From an uncultured Clostridia bacterium (lineage in GTDB: Bacteria; Bacillota; Clostridia; Christensenellales; UBA3700), in the NCBI GenBank assembly GCA_937880755.1, contig CALGRX010000017.1, positions 154,737-218,736 on the forward strand: a stretch of DNA of 64,000 nucleotides, read 5' to 3'. Shown here piece after piece: positions 1 to 9,754 of the stretch. A model generated the notes under the pieces. That model was not told where the DNA came from, did not search any database, and saw only the letters and a program-made list of their open reading frames with translations. Made by a program: the position numbers and the translations under genes. How positions within the stretch are numbered: the first letter of the stretch is position 1; every line of letters begins with the position of its first letter.

Positions 1-1484
1 AGACGCTTGCTTTTGTTTTGCCTATTCTGAATAGCGTTGATAGAGAGGAGGACGCCACCCAAATTATGGTCTTGTGTCCTACGAGAGAATTGGTTATGCA
101 AATATGCGCCGTATTTAGCGACACCCTCAAGTATACCGAGAAGATACGAGTTGCGGGACTATACGGCGGACAAAATATCCAACGCCAACTTATGTTTTTG
201 AGGAAGAAACCTCAAATCGTCGTCGGTACGGTGGGTAGAGTGTTAGACCATATAGACCGAAAAACTCTAAAATTAGGCAAAATCAAAACGCTCGTGCTCG
301 ACGAGTGCGATGAAATGTTCGATATGGGATTTAGAAAAGATATAGAGAGCATTATGTCGTTATGTCCGATGGACTGTCAAAAGATGCTCTTTTCGGCAAC
401 TATTCCAACCGAAATCAAGTCGCTCATAGACCAAAGACTTTATACTCCCAAATATGTCAAAGCAACGATAGACGGCGAAAATACGCCTAAAATCGAACAA
501 AAGTATACGGTAGTCAAGGATAGTCAACGAGTAGGATATCTACTACAAATCATAGACGATAACAACTACGATAGAGTCATAATCTTTTGCAATACCAAAA
601 AGCGCGCGGACAAGCTTGGAGAGGCGCTTGCCAAAAAGCGTAGAAACGCAGTAGTATTGCACGGCGACCTTAAGCAGTCGCAAAGAACGGCTATGATGAA
701 GCAGTTTAGGAGCGGACGAGTCGAGATGCTCATAGCCACCGACGTGGCGGCAAGGGGAATAGACGTGGACGACGTGCAAGCGATATTCAACTTCGACCCG
801 CCAACCACGCCCGACTTTTACGTGCACCGTATAGGAAGAACGGCAAGAGCGAGCAAGGGCGGTGCAGCCTACACTTTCGTTGACGGCGACCAAACGGCGA
901 ATATCCCGCTATATCAAAAGGCAACCAACAACGCCTTGCAGTATATGGAGATGAATGGGGACGTTGACAGCTTTACGTTGCCTAAGGACAGTTCCAATCG
1001 TCTAAATCGCGAATGTGTAGAAGCCAACGTATCGAGATTTTTCGTCAACGTGGGCAAAAAGGATATGCTAGATAAGGATACCATAGTCAAGCTAATTACC
1101 ACCAAGACCGCTATCAAAATATACGAGATAACCGACGTCAAACTGAGAGATACCTACGGATTCGTAGAAGTAGTCAAGGGCAAGGAGGGCGAACTTAAAA
1201 AACTCGAAGGTATGACGATCGGCAAGCGAAAATTGACTATAGAAGAAGCCGACAAGGAGAAGATGCAAAAGCCGTCTAAAGAGGGCAAGAGCGATTATAA
1301 GTACAAAAAGTCTACCAAAGACGAAAAGAGAGATTACCAATCTCGCAAAAGGGTAGGCAAAGTTGGCGATAAGGGAGCAAAAAAGAGAAACGGTAAGGAC
1401 GTGAGAGAAGTCAAAGGCATCAAAGGAAGTGCCAAGGGCGCGCGAGATACCAAGTCCAAGTACCCGTCCAAAAAGAGATATTGA
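1..1484 (+). CDS. DEAD-box ATP-dependent RNA helicase (DbpA/CshA-like), N-terminus cut by the window edge
   Basis: The ORF is open to the window start. Motifs PTRELV, DECDEM (DEAD variant), SAT and HRIGRTAR are present. The Q-motif and Walker A are absent, so the 5' end lies upstream. A DbpA-type RNA-binding region and a Lys/Arg-rich tail follow. Confidence 0.9.
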   Translation, partial: TLAFVLPILNSVDREEDATQIMVLCPTRELVMQICAVFSDTLKYTEKIRVAGLYGGQNIQRQLMFLRKKPQIVVGTVGRVLDHIDRKTLKLGKIKTLVLDECDEMFDMGFRKDIESIMSLCPMDCQKMLFSATIPTEIKSLIDQRLYTPKYVKATIDGENTPKIEQKYTVVKDSQRVGYLLQIIDDNNYDRVIIFCNTKKRADKLGEALAKKRRNAVVLHGDLKQSQRTAMMKQFRSGRVEMLIATDVAARGIDVDDVQAIFNFDPPTTPDFYVHRIGRTARASKGGAAYTFVDGDQTANIPLYQKATNNALQYMEMNGDVDSFTLPKDSSNRLNRECVEANVSRFFVNVGKKDMLDKDTIVKLITTKTAIKIYEITDVKLRDTYGFVEVVKGKEGELKKLEGMTIGKRKLTIEEADKEKMQKPSKEGKSDYKYKKSTKDEKRDYQSRKRVGKVGDKGAKKRNGKDVREVKGIKGSAKGARDTKSKYPSKKRY

Positions 1485-1531
1485 AAAATAGACGCTACTC
1501 ATTAGCGTCTATTTTGATAACTTAATTAGTC

Positions 1532-1557
1532 AAAAAGTCGATACGTATCGACTTTTT
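1532..1557. terminator. Bidirectional intrinsic terminator between convergent helicase and potD
   Basis: AAAAAGTCGAT-ACGT-ATCGACTTTTT is a perfect palindrome with an A-run and a T-run on either side. It lies between the stops at 1484 (+) and 1564 (-). Confidence 0.7.
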
Positions 1558-1563
1558 ATTGTT

Positions 1564-2853
1564 TTAGGCGTTGAGAACGTTTGCCCAAACGCTATCTATG
1601 ATTTTGGTGTTTTCTTCGCCAAAGTCTGACATAACTCCGCATCTTTTTACAACGTCAAGAGATGGGAATTGCGCGGGGTCTACGATAATGCTCTTAGCTT
1701 GTTCGCTGAGTTCTCCGCCAAAGAAGTAACTGAGGTCGGAAGCGTCGTAGTCTTCCTCGGTGTATGCCACGAAGTTGTCGTTGTCGTCGTAGTAACCTTG
1801 GCACCAATCAAAGGTTGCTTGGGTTGCCACGCAGGAGGTATATCCAATCCATTCCATATTTTCGATAGCGATATCTTCTTGGCACAAGAAGTTGATCCAA
1901 AGGTTGGCGGCAACGGTGTTTTTAGCGTACTTAGGGATAGCCCAGCAGTCCACCCAAACGTTGGAGCCTTCTTGAGGTACGTAGTAGTCGAGACTTCTTG
2001 AAATTCCCAATTCTTCTTGCAATTCGCCCATAGAATAGATTGCGTCGCCCGACCATTGCAGAGCCATATCGACTTTGCCTTCGATGATATCGGACTTGCC
2101 CTCGTCGGTCTCGTAACCGCACTTGACGTTTTGCTTTTGCCATACGAGAGATTGTTGAACGGCGCTCGCCTTGGCGACGTTGTTGAGAGCTTGCTCAGGG
2201 GTGATATTAGCGTCAAAGTTGGCAGAAGATTGATTGCAGAAAGTGTAGATTGCGCCTACTGCGTAGGTATCGCGAACGCTCTTTTTCATATTGACTCTGT
2301 TTTTATAAGCCGTATCCCATAGAGCGCCCCAACCCTTTGACTCGAGGTATTCGAGAGAGACTGCGTCGGTTGCGTACACGATACCCATAGTGCCCCACAT
2401 ATAAGGGGTGGAGTACTTGCCGCTTGGGTCGTAGGTGAAGTTGTTGACGGTGTTGTCAAGGAAGTACTTCGAGATGTTGACCTTGCGATAGTCTTGGATA
2501 GGGTTGCCGTCTTGGTCGTTGCCAAGCGGAGATTGCTCGAGGAGCAATTCTTCTCTAAGCATTCTCTCAATCATATAGTCGGAGGCGCAGATAACGTCGT
2601 AGTCGGACTTTTTGATAGCGACTTTGGAGTGCATAGTCTCGTTGGTGTCGTACTCGTCGTAGACGATAGAGATTTGTTTGCCCGTGACGGACTTGTAATA
2701 TTCTTTGAATTGGTCGATGACGTCTTCTCCGATATATTCGGCGCAGTTGTAGATTTTGAGGGTGTCCTCACGGGAGGTACAAGCACTCAACGTCGGCATA
2801 CTTACGGCTAAGAGCATAACCGCAATCAACGCGATACAAAGTTTTTTCTTCAT
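1564..2853 (-). CDS. potD: Spermidine/putrescine ABC transporter substrate-binding lipoprotein
   Basis: 429 aa with a signal peptide and lipobox (LSAC). PotD/PotF-like periplasmic binding protein sequence. Last gene of the regulator-potABCD operon, overlapping potC by 4 nt. Confidence 0.85.
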   Translation of the reverse strand: MKKKLCIALIAVMLLAVSMPTLSACTSREDTLKIYNCAEYIGEDVIDQFKEYYKSVTGKQISIVYDEYDTNETMHSKVAIKKSDYDVICASDYMIERMLREELLLEQSPLGNDQDGNPIQDYRKVNISKYFLDNTVNNFTYDPSGKYSTPYMWGTMGIVYATDAVSLEYLESKGWGALWDTAYKNRVNMKKSVRDTYAVGAIYTFCNQSSANFDANITPEQALNNVAKASAVQQSLVWQKQNVKCGYETDEGKSDIIEGKVDMALQWSGDAIYSMGELQEELGISRSLDYYVPQEGSNVWVDCWAIPKYAKNTVAANLWINFLCQEDIAIENMEWIGYTSCVATQATFDWCQGYYDDNDNFVAYTEEDYDASDLSYFFGGELSEQAKSIIVDPAQFPSLDVVKRCGVMSDFGEENTKIIDSVWANVLNA

Positions 2854-3677
2854 TTTTTGTAAGCTCCTTGTTTTGAAGTTTTATTTTTCGGTTTGCGGTT
2901 GATAAGAGCCATCAAACCGAGGATTACCACGAATATTATTGACGACAAAGCTCTCATAGATGCAGGCAGGGATTTTTTGCCGTGAGCTTTGAGGTAAATG
3001 AGTGTCGACAACGTTTGAAAACCGTCGATATTGAATTGGGTGATGACGAAGTCGTCTATCGACAAAGTAAAGGACATCACGAAGCCCATCAATATGCCCG
3101 GCAGTATGTCGGGGATAACTACCTTCCACAAGGCTTGAGTAGGCGTGCAACCAAGGTCGAGAGCGGCTTCGTAAATCTTGTTGTCGCTCTGCTTGAGTCT
3201 TGGCAACACGTTGAGTATGACGTAAGGCGTGCAAAAGGTGACGTGAGCCAAGATAACGTTGAGCATTTGCACTTCTCCGTCGAGTTGGATAAAGGTGCGC
3301 AAAATGCCAAAGAGCAGTACCAAAGAAACGGCGGTAACTATCTCGCTGTTGACCATAGGAATTTGGTTGATATTGGTTATGACGGCCTTTGCCTTCTTCG
3401 ACCTAATAGAGTTGATACCGATTGCAGCCATAGTGCCGAGCAGAGTAGAAATCAAACTAGCCGATACGCCGATGATGGCGGTGTTGCGCAAAGCCTCGAA
3501 TATGGCGGTGCTGTCTCTACCCGTAAATAATTCTTTGTAAGCGTCGAAGCTAAATCCGCCCCAAGAACTAAAAGACGGCGTGTTGGTAAAGGAGAAGATT
3601 ATCATCCACAATATTGGCAGATATAAAAACACCAATACTAGTGCAAACAAGCATTTGACGAGTATTTTCTTTACCAT
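2850..3677 (-). CDS. potC: Spermidine/putrescine ABC transporter permease
   Basis: 275 aa multi-TM ABC permease with an EAA-loop region (EAALDLGCTPTQALWKVVIP). Overlaps potB and potD. Confidence 0.85.
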   Translation of the reverse strand: MVKKILVKCLFALVLVFLYLPILWMIIFSFTNTPSFSSWGGFSFDAYKELFTGRDSTAIFEALRNTAIIGVSASLISTLLGTMAAIGINSIRSKKAKAVITNINQIPMVNSEIVTAVSLVLLFGILRTFIQLDGEVQMLNVILAHVTFCTPYVILNVLPRLKQSDNKIYEAALDLGCTPTQALWKVVIPDILPGILMGFVMSFTLSIDDFVITQFNIDGFQTLSTLIYLKAHGKKSLPASMRALSSIIFVVILGLMALINRKPKNKTSKQGAYKK

Positions 3678-4483
3678 AATCCACCTCCCGAAGAAGCGTT
3701 GTCCTTGTCGTACTTGTTGACGACAATCATAGATATACCGATGACTATCAAGATAATAAAGGACATCGCGCTGGCAACGTTGAGACTGTTGACTACTTGC
3801 AAGTCGATAAAGTCACCTATGAGGCTGATTTTGTTGCCACTGAGCAGTCCCGATATGGCAAAGGTGGTGATAGTCGGCATAAATACCATCGTAATTCCGC
3901 TAAGCACTCCCGGGAGGGAGAGAGGAAGCGTCACTTTGACGAAGGCTTTGCGAGGCGAAGCGCCGAGGTCTGCGGCACCTTCCAGCAAAGACGGATCAAT
4001 CTTGGATATGGTGGTATAGATAGGCATTATCATAAAAGGCAAGTAGTTGTATACCATACCGAATATTACAGTGCCCATACCGAGGTCGACTTCCATTGCC
4101 TCGAACATCGCTTTGGTGGCGAGGGTGCGCAAGAGGAAGTTGATCCACATAGGCAACATAAAGAGCATTACGAGCACGGGGCTTTTGTTATACTTTTTGT
4201 CGGCGAGGAAGAGCGCAACGGGGTAGCCTACAGCCAAGCAAATGAGAGTGGTCAGCAGTCCCACGTATATAGAACGGGTGAGCATTTGCACGCTGGACGG
4301 GCTAAAAATCGTCTTGTAGTTGTCAAAGGTAAAGCTCCAAGACAGCGAGCCGTCGCTTCTCGTCTCGCAAAAAGAGTAGAGTAGCAAAATCAACAGTGGT
4401 AATATGACGAATATCGCCATAAATACCACGTAAGGAATTGCCAAATATTTGCGAGTAAATCCGCTAAGTTTTCTCTTTTTCAT
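3671..4483 (-). CDS. potB: Spermidine/putrescine ABC transporter permease
   Basis: 270 aa multi-TM permease with an EAA-loop region ([20 protein letters not shown]). Overlaps potA by 4 nt. Confidence 0.85.
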   Translation of the reverse strand: MKKRKLSGFTRKYLAIPYVVFMAIFVILPLLILLLYSFCETRSDGSLSWSFTFDNYKTIFSPSSVQMLTRSIYVGLLTTLICLAVGYPVALFLADKKYNKSPVLVMLFMLPMWINFLLRTLATKAMFEAMEVDLGMGTVIFGMVYNYLPFMIMPIYTTISKIDPSLLEGAADLGASPRKAFVKVTLPLSLPGVLSGITMVFMPTITTFAISGLLSGNKISLIGDFIDLQVVNSLNVASAMSFIILIVIGISMIVVNKYDKDNASSGGGLW

Positions 4484-6117
4484 TCTTCTATCATCCTTAT
4501 CAACTTAAAGCGGTCGGGCTTGACTGCAATGCCCACTCTGTCGCCGTCGTCCCAAAGGTATTCGGTGTCGGCAAAGATATGGTGGTTGTTGTCGGTTCTT
4601 AGGCAGACGATATAGTTTTTGCCTTTATAAATCATTGACTCAACGTTGGCGGCAAGTGGTGCGTCCATCTCGTCGTCGGTCATTTCCACGTCGGTAAACT
4701 CAAATCTAACTACGGCTTTTTTGCCTTTGAGCGCCGTTTCTTCGCCGTCTATCGTAAGGATATCGTTGTCGCCGTCGTAGGTAGCGTCGTTGAACAACGT
4801 AGTAGGGTGGAAGTCGTACGTTCCGCCGTAGAGGTCGAAGGTAGTGTTGGATAGGAATTCTACTTGTTTGTCGTTGGCGTAGAGCTCCTTGGTCATAATG
4901 TGGATATTGTCGGGGTCGACGTAGAGGCTTACCTCGCTGCCTACGGGACTTTCTACGGTGTTGTGAATGATAAATTCATAGCCACCCGCAATGCAAGACA
5001 TCTCGTAATGCACGCCCTTAAAAATCGAGGATACGATTTTGCCGTCAAGTATGCCTTTGTCCTTTTCGCGGACTTCCCAGTCCTCGGGTCTTACCACGAT
5101 ATCCACCTTTTGGTTAGGCTCGAATCCCGTATCCACGCAGTCCCATTGTACGCCTGCAAATATTACTTTTTTGTCCTCGGGCATCACGCCGTCGAGAATG
5201 TTGGACTCACCGATAAAATCGGCAACGTAAGCCGTTTTAGGCTCGTTGTAGATGTCGATAGGGCTACCTTCTTGGCAAATCTTGCCGTCACGCATAACCA
5301 CGATAGTGTCGCTCATCGTCAAGGCTTCTTCTTGGTCGTGGGTGACGTAGATAAAGGTTATGCCGAGTTTTTGGTGCATAGATTTGAGCTCGAGTTGCAT
5401 CTCTTGACGCATCTTGAGGTCGAGCGCGCCCAAAGGTTCGTCGAGGAGCAAAATCTTTGGCTCGTTGACGATTGCTCTGGCTATTGCTACTCTCTGTTGT
5501 TGTCCGCCCGACAGAGAGTTGACGTCACGATTTTCGTAATCGCTAAGTCCAACGATTTTGAGCGCACGACGCACCTTTTCTTCGATAAAAGCCTTGTAAC
5601 AGTTTACCTTTTTGGTGGTGGAGTTGCCCTTTCTATCTTTGGTGGTTACCATCTTGTATTGACGGCAAAAAGGCACGATTTTGACGGTTTTTTCGCCGTT
5701 TTTGCCTATTATTTCTTGCTCAACGGGCTTGCGTTTTAGATTGACGAGTTTGGTCGCCTTTTCGCCTTTGCGATTGACGTATTCCACTTCCACCTTTTTC
5801 ATCTTGAGTCCAAAGGCAATGTTTTTGAATACGTTGAGATGAGGGAAGAGGGCGTACTTTTGGAATACCGTATTGACCTCTCTCTTGTGAGGTGGCAGAG
5901 AGGTGATATCCTCTCCGTCAAATAGCACTTGTCCTTCGGTCGGTTGCTCAAATCCCGCAATCATACGTAGGGTAGTAGTTTTACCGCAACCGCTCGGACC
6001 GAGCAAGGTGACGAATTGTCCCTTCTCTATCTTGAGATTGGCGTTGTTGACGACCCTCTTGTCGTCGTAATACTTGTTGATGTTTTTTAGTTCGAGTATA
6101 TATTTTTTGTTTTCCAT
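4480..6117 (-). CDS. potA: Spermidine/putrescine ABC transporter ATPase, unusually long (545 aa) with an internal insertion and a C-terminal extension
   Basis: Walker [11 protein letters not shown]-loop [10 protein letters not shown], signature LSGGQQQR, Walker B ILLLDEP and H-loop VTHDQ. A ~60-aa Lys-rich insert lies between GLKMKK and the signature motif. There is an extra C-terminal TOBE-like region. Confidence 0.85.
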   Translation of the reverse strand: MENKKYILELKNINKYYDDKRVVNNANLKIEKGQFVTLLGPSGCGKTTTLRMIAGFEQPTEGQVLFDGEDITSLPPHKREVNTVFQKYALFPHLNVFKNIAFGLKMKKVEVEYVNRKGEKATKLVNLKRKPVEQEIIGKNGEKTVKIVPFCRQYKMVTTKDRKGNSTTKKVNCYKAFIEEKVRRALKIVGLSDYENRDVNSLSGGQQQRVAIARAIVNEPKILLLDEPLGALDLKMRQEMQLELKSMHQKLGITFIYVTHDQEEALTMSDTIVVMRDGKICQEGSPIDIYNEPKTAYVADFIGESNILDGVMPEDKKVIFAGVQWDCVDTGFEPNQKVDIVVRPEDWEVREKDKGILDGKIVSSIFKGVHYEMSCIAGGYEFIIHNTVESPVGSEVSLYVDPDNIHIMTKELYANDKQVEFLSNTTFDLYGGTYDFHPTTLFNDATYDGDNDILTIDGEETALKGKKAVVRFEFTDVEMTDDEMDAPLAANVESMIYKGKNYIVCLRTDNNHHIFADTEYLWDDGDRVGIAVKPDRFKLIRMIEE

Positions 6118-6130
6118 CGTCGTGTCCTTA

Positions 6131-6664
6131 TTAGAAAGTAGGTGGGGAAGATACCCACAATATTTTTACGGGCGTATCGCCGTCGTTGACTATATAGTGC
6201 TTTTTGTTGCTTACGAAGTAGAACGAGTTGCCTTGACTTAGTTTGTACTTCTTTTTGCCTATTATCAGCGTTGCTTTGCCCTCTAACATATAGCCGAATT
6301 CCTCGCCCTCGTGAGGCATATCTTCGAGCGTCGTGCTGTGAGCGTTGAGCGTCATCAATATAGGCTCCATTTCGTTCTTTTGACTGTTGGGCACTAGCCA
6401 CGTGATAGAGCTGTCGTCGCTCTCCTTGACGAAGAAATCGTCCTCTTCGAAGACTATTTGCTCGTCGCTGTCGTCGTTGAAGAAGCTCTTTAGATCCGAG
6501 CCCAAAGCCGACAATATGTCGATGAGAGTGGCGATAGACGGCGAGGCAATGTCGTTTTCTAATTGCGAGATATATCCTTTGGTCAAATCGCATCTGTCGG
6601 CAAGCTCTTCTTGCGTCAGACCGCATTGGAGTCTCAGCGACTTGATTTTGATACCGATTTCCAT
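6131..6664 (-). CDS. XRE-family HTH transcriptional regulator with a C-terminal cupin domain (PuuR-like)
   Basis: 177 aa. N-terminal HTH_3 ([29 protein letters not shown]) and a C-terminal cupin-like beta region. First gene of the pot operon, 13 nt upstream of potA. Confidence 0.8.
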   Translation of the reverse strand: MEIGIKIKSLRLQCGLTQEELADRCDLTKGYISQLENDIASPSIATLIDILSALGSDLKSFFNDDSDEQIVFEEDDFFVKESDDSSITWLVPNSQKNEMEPILMTLNAHSTTLEDMPHEGEEFGYMLEGKATLIIGKKKYKLSQGNSFYFVSNKKHYIVNDGDTPVKILWVSSPPTF

Positions 6665-6681
6665 ATTTACCTCCTTTTCCG

Positions 6682-6789
6682 AGTTTAGTAAAACTAAACT
6701 TCAAAATTATTGAGTAAAAATTTTGTTAAACTTTGAGTTTAGATTTAGTAAACTGTATTGATTATATACACCCCCGATATATATGTCAA
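6682..6789 (-). promoter_or_regulatory. Consensus sigma-A promoter plus two 19-bp palindromic operators upstream of the XRE/cupin-pot operon
   Basis: On the minus strand, TTGACA (6789-6784), a 17-nt spacer and TATAAT (6766-6761). AGTTTA-N7-TAAACT occurs at 6736-6754 (at or just downstream of the predicted TSS) and at 6682-6700 (next to the RBS). An extra TAAACT half-site is at 6727-6732. Confidence 0.65.
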
Positions 6790-9460
6790 TAATTTTGATA
6801 TATTTTTTTGATTTTTTTGTCAAAATTAGTAGAATATTTTTTTAATAAAAATGCAAAAAAGAGCCTAGCTAATTGCAAGGCTCGATAGAAGGTTTTTTGT
6901 AGTTTTTGCGTAAGCAGGTTTATGTTCTTTTCTTTTTGACAACGACATACTCATTTTAAGAACTTACATAGACCGCGCCATGAAGGGTACTAACGACAAT
7001 CGTCCCGACTTCCGTCAGATGATAGAAGATAGCAAAAAACACGATTTCAACGTCGTACTCGTTTACAAATTCGACAGGTTTTCGCGCAATAAAAACGAAA
7101 CCACGAAACACAAGAAAACGCTTAAAGACAACGGCGTTAAAGTCGTTTCCGCAACCGAATATACTCACTATGCCGAAGGAACAAAAGAATATGTCAAGTT
7201 GGTAAATTATTTGCAAGCCGCCTCTAAACTTCTTGATAAGGCTTTCACAAGTTTTGTCAATCGTGGGTATGCAAATGCAGATATGATTAAAACTATCAAC
7301 GAAAAACAAGCAAGAGGGGAAACTCCCACGGAACAAGAAACTACCTATATGGCAAGTCTTTTTAGTAGTAGAACATTCCAAAGTGAAATGGGTGCTATTA
7401 TGGGTGAAAGCCTTTTAGGAACGGAAGAATTTATTGACACCATTGTGAGCAAAGAGAATTCTATTGCCGAAAAGGTTATGAAGAAAATCAAAGACCTTAA
7501 AGCAATGTTTGAAAGACTTGGCAATACCGAGGCAAGAGCCGAATATAAAAGACTTTCAAAAGCCGAAAAATTATATCTTAACGCCATTGAAAAAGCCGGA
7601 TATATATACCGTAATGGCAAAATACTTGTCCGTAGGAAAAAGGAAGAAATTGACTCTACCTATCAAAATGAGTATAATAGTGATGAAATACAATCATCAA
7701 GGAAATTTAGTTTTCAACACCAAAACTTCCCGGGAGAAAAAGAAAGTGGTGGAAGTGAGGCTCACCGTTTAGCAATTTGGTGGGCTTCAAAAGATACCAT
7801 TTTAGCCGGAGACCAAACTCTTATATCTATGAAAGATAAGTGGTATTTGGTAGAGAAGTTTGATGATGTAACTAATCATTATCAAGTTGAAGATAGAATT
7901 ACCAAGAAGGAATACGATAAAATCAATGAGGAGATAAAAGCGAATGGCAGAAGTGGAAAAATTCTCTCAATACAAAGAGCATTTACTAACTATGATAAAT
8001 TCGATAAATTCAACTATTCCATTAAAGGAAGAAAATCAAGTATTGATAGTTTACAAACTCAATACGATAGAGAAAATTCGCAATTTTTTCGAGTGGATAA
8101 AGAGCAATCTCAAAAATGGGGAACTACAAGCAACCGAAGTGGAGATAGTGAGAGCGGCAGTTCAAATAGACAGGGAACTCAATACTCACTAAAAGACAGT
8201 TTAGGCAACGAATTAAGCCAAGATTATCTCAAGCCAACAAGTGATGAGGATATAAGGTACTCAAAAAAGATTACGAAATGTATGTCCGACTCGGAGAGAT
8301 ATAACGTCTTGAAAGATAGAGTTATAGAAAACGTGCCAACTGCCAAAGAATTGCTAAGTGACGTGGCAAAAGAAATTGGAAGATTAAAAAGTAGTGAAAA
8401 GAGAGCACTTATCAAGAAAATACTCGAAGAGTTTGGCGTATTTGATAAGCAATTCTATAATGCAGACATACAACTCACTTTTAACTATTCAAAAAATAAT
8501 TTTAGGGAAATATATAATAAGCAACAACGTAGATATGTTAGATTTGCTAAAATGTTTTCAGTATTCGATAGACTAATAGAAAATGCTGTAGGTATTGAGG
8601 TACATAATAGAAACGAAATAGAATATAAGACAGATAAAACATTAAAGCAAGTATATGTGCTTGTGAGTGCTTTTAATGATAGCGAAAATATTGTGCCTGT
8701 AAAGTTGGAAATTAAAGAGTTTGTTGACAAACCGAATTCTCTGTATGTAGCTGTCGCTCTAGAAAACATAAAAAGAGAAGGGGTCTCTGAGCTAAGGGGC
8801 GCCAATGGCGTTGCCCAACAAGTCTCTATCCCCTCTACTACTATTAGTATATCCGACTTGTTTAGGAAAATCAACCCAAACGAGAAAGATTTTACAAAAT
8901 ACATACCACCACAATTTTTTGAGAGTGATATCCAATACTCTCGCAAGTCGTCTGCACCAAGCAAGGTGGGAGATATAATCAAGGCAAAGGGCAACCTTAC
9001 TACCGACAAGATATTCACCAAAGCCGAAGCCAAGAAGATAATAGCCGATATAGAAGAGAGGCTTGTCTTCGAGGATAAAGGTATGGTAGGGACTGTCAAG
9101 GGAACAAACGAGTTGATAGACCGACTTTGGAAAGGCTTGAACAAGGCGGGCAAGGGCGAGTATATTGGCGTAGGCGTGGAGATAGCCGACTACGTAATCA
9201 ATCATACCGTCGTAGAAGATATATACGAGTGCTTGTGCGTTCGTCTTGGCATCACACGTCCAAAATGTACAACGCGACTGACTGCCGACCAAAAGTATCT
9301 TATGCTCGCTTATCTCGGCTACTCAACCAATATGGAAAGAGTAGAGAGATACGTCAATAGATTGCGCCTCACAAAGGACGAGAAGAAAGCGCTTTTGAAA
9401 GAATGTGCGTAAGTGTTTTTTTTAGAAAAATGTTCCCAATTTGTTCCCTATCAACACAAA
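6700..9460. other. AT-richer accessory segment (integrative-element remnant) abutting tRNA-Ser(GCT)
   Basis: Visibly lower GC than the flanking pot and SGNH genes. It contains a recombinase fragment and ends at the terminator/3' end of a tRNA gene. Boundaries are approximate. Confidence 0.5.
6980..9412 (+). CDS. Chimeric ORF: 5'-truncated serine-recombinase (resolvase-domain) fragment fused in frame to a ~750-aa uncharacterised region
   Basis: Residues 1-60 (NRPDFRQMIEDSKKHDFNVVLVYKFDRFSRN...GVKVVSATE) match the middle of a resolvase catalytic domain. The homology continues upstream of the ATG (TYIDRA), but the catalytic-Ser region is missing. The rest has no motif I recognise. The ORF is uninterrupted over 2.4 kb. 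Confidence 0.55.
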   Translation: MKGTNDNRPDFRQMIEDSKKHDFNVVLVYKFDRFSRNKNETTKHKKTLKDNGVKVVSATEYTHYAEGTKEYVKLVNYLQAASKLLDKAFTSFVNRGYANADMIKTINEKQARGETPTEQETTYMASLFSSRTFQSEMGAIMGESLLGTEEFIDTIVSKENSIAEKVMKKIKDLKAMFERLGNTEARAEYKRLSKAEKLYLNAIEKAGYIYRNGKILVRRKKEEIDSTYQNEYNSDEIQSSRKFSFQHQNFPGEKESGGSEAHRLAIWWASKDTILAGDQTLISMKDKWYLVEKFDDVTNHYQVEDRITKKEYDKINEEIKANGRSGKILSIQRAFTNYDKFDKFNYSIKGRKSSIDSLQTQYDRENSQFFRVDKEQSQKWGTTSNRSGDSESGSSNRQGTQYSLKDSLGNELSQDYLKPTSDEDIRYSKKITKCMSDSERYNVLKDRVIENVPTAKELLSDVAKEIGRLKSSEKRALIKKILEEFGVFDKQFYNADIQLTFNYSKNNFREIYNKQQRRYVRFAKMFSVFDRLIENAVGIEVHNRNEIEYKTDKTLKQVYVLVSAFNDSENIVPVKLEIKEFVDKPNSLYVAVALENIKREGVSELRGANGVAQQVSIPSTTISISDLFRKINPNEKDFTKYIPPQFFESDIQYSRKSSAPSKVGDIIKAKGNLTTDKIFTKAEAKKIIADIEERLVFEDKGMVGTVKGTNELIDRLWKGLNKAGKGEYIGVGVEIADYVINHTVVEDIYECLCVRLGITRPKCTTRLTADQKYLMLAYLGYSTNMERVERYVNRLRLTKDEKKALLKECA

Positions 9461-9484
9461 AACCCCCATTTTTCGGGGGTTTTA
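9458..9484. terminator. Bidirectional intrinsic terminator (end of the 6980 ORF and of tRNA-Ser)
   Basis: AAAAACCCCC-ATTTTTC-GGGGGTTTT hairpin with A/T runs on both sides, 7 nt from the tRNA 3' end. Confidence 0.75.
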
Positions 9485-9490
9485 AGGTGT

Positions 9491-9581
9491 TGGCGGAGAA
9501 AGAGGGATTTGAACCCTCGCTACGGTATCCCGTACTACTCCCTTAGCAGGGGAGCCCCTTCGGCCTCTTGGGTATTTCTCC
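9491..9581 (-). tRNA. tRNA-Ser (anticodon GCT), type II with long variable arm, CCA encoded
   Basis: Minus strand reads GGAGAAA-TA-...-CTCCC-CTGCTAA-GGGAG-(long variable arm)-GAGGG-TTCAAAT-CCCTC-TTTCTCC-G-CCA. The acceptor stem GGAGAAA/TTTCTCC pairs perfectly and the anticodon loop is CT-GCT-AA. Confidence 0.9.
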
Positions 9582-9615
9582 ACAGTCGAAGTATAAAAAT
9601 GATATTAGCATTAGT

Positions 9616-9644
9616 ATAGTAGCACACAATGTAGCTTTTGTCAA
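9616..9644 (-). promoter_or_regulatory. Promoter of tRNA-Ser(GCT)
   Basis: On the minus strand, TTGACA (9644-9639), a 17-nt spacer and TACTAT (9621-9616), about 35 nt upstream of the tRNA 5' end. Confidence 0.65.
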
Positions 9645-9754
9645 AGTCTTTTTGCAAAATTTTTGTAGGTCAGGGATAAACCCTAACAAAGGATGCATAA
9701 AGAAAGATAGGCAACTAACTCTCGTGTCAATCTCTTGTTGCGTTGAGTATTTTA

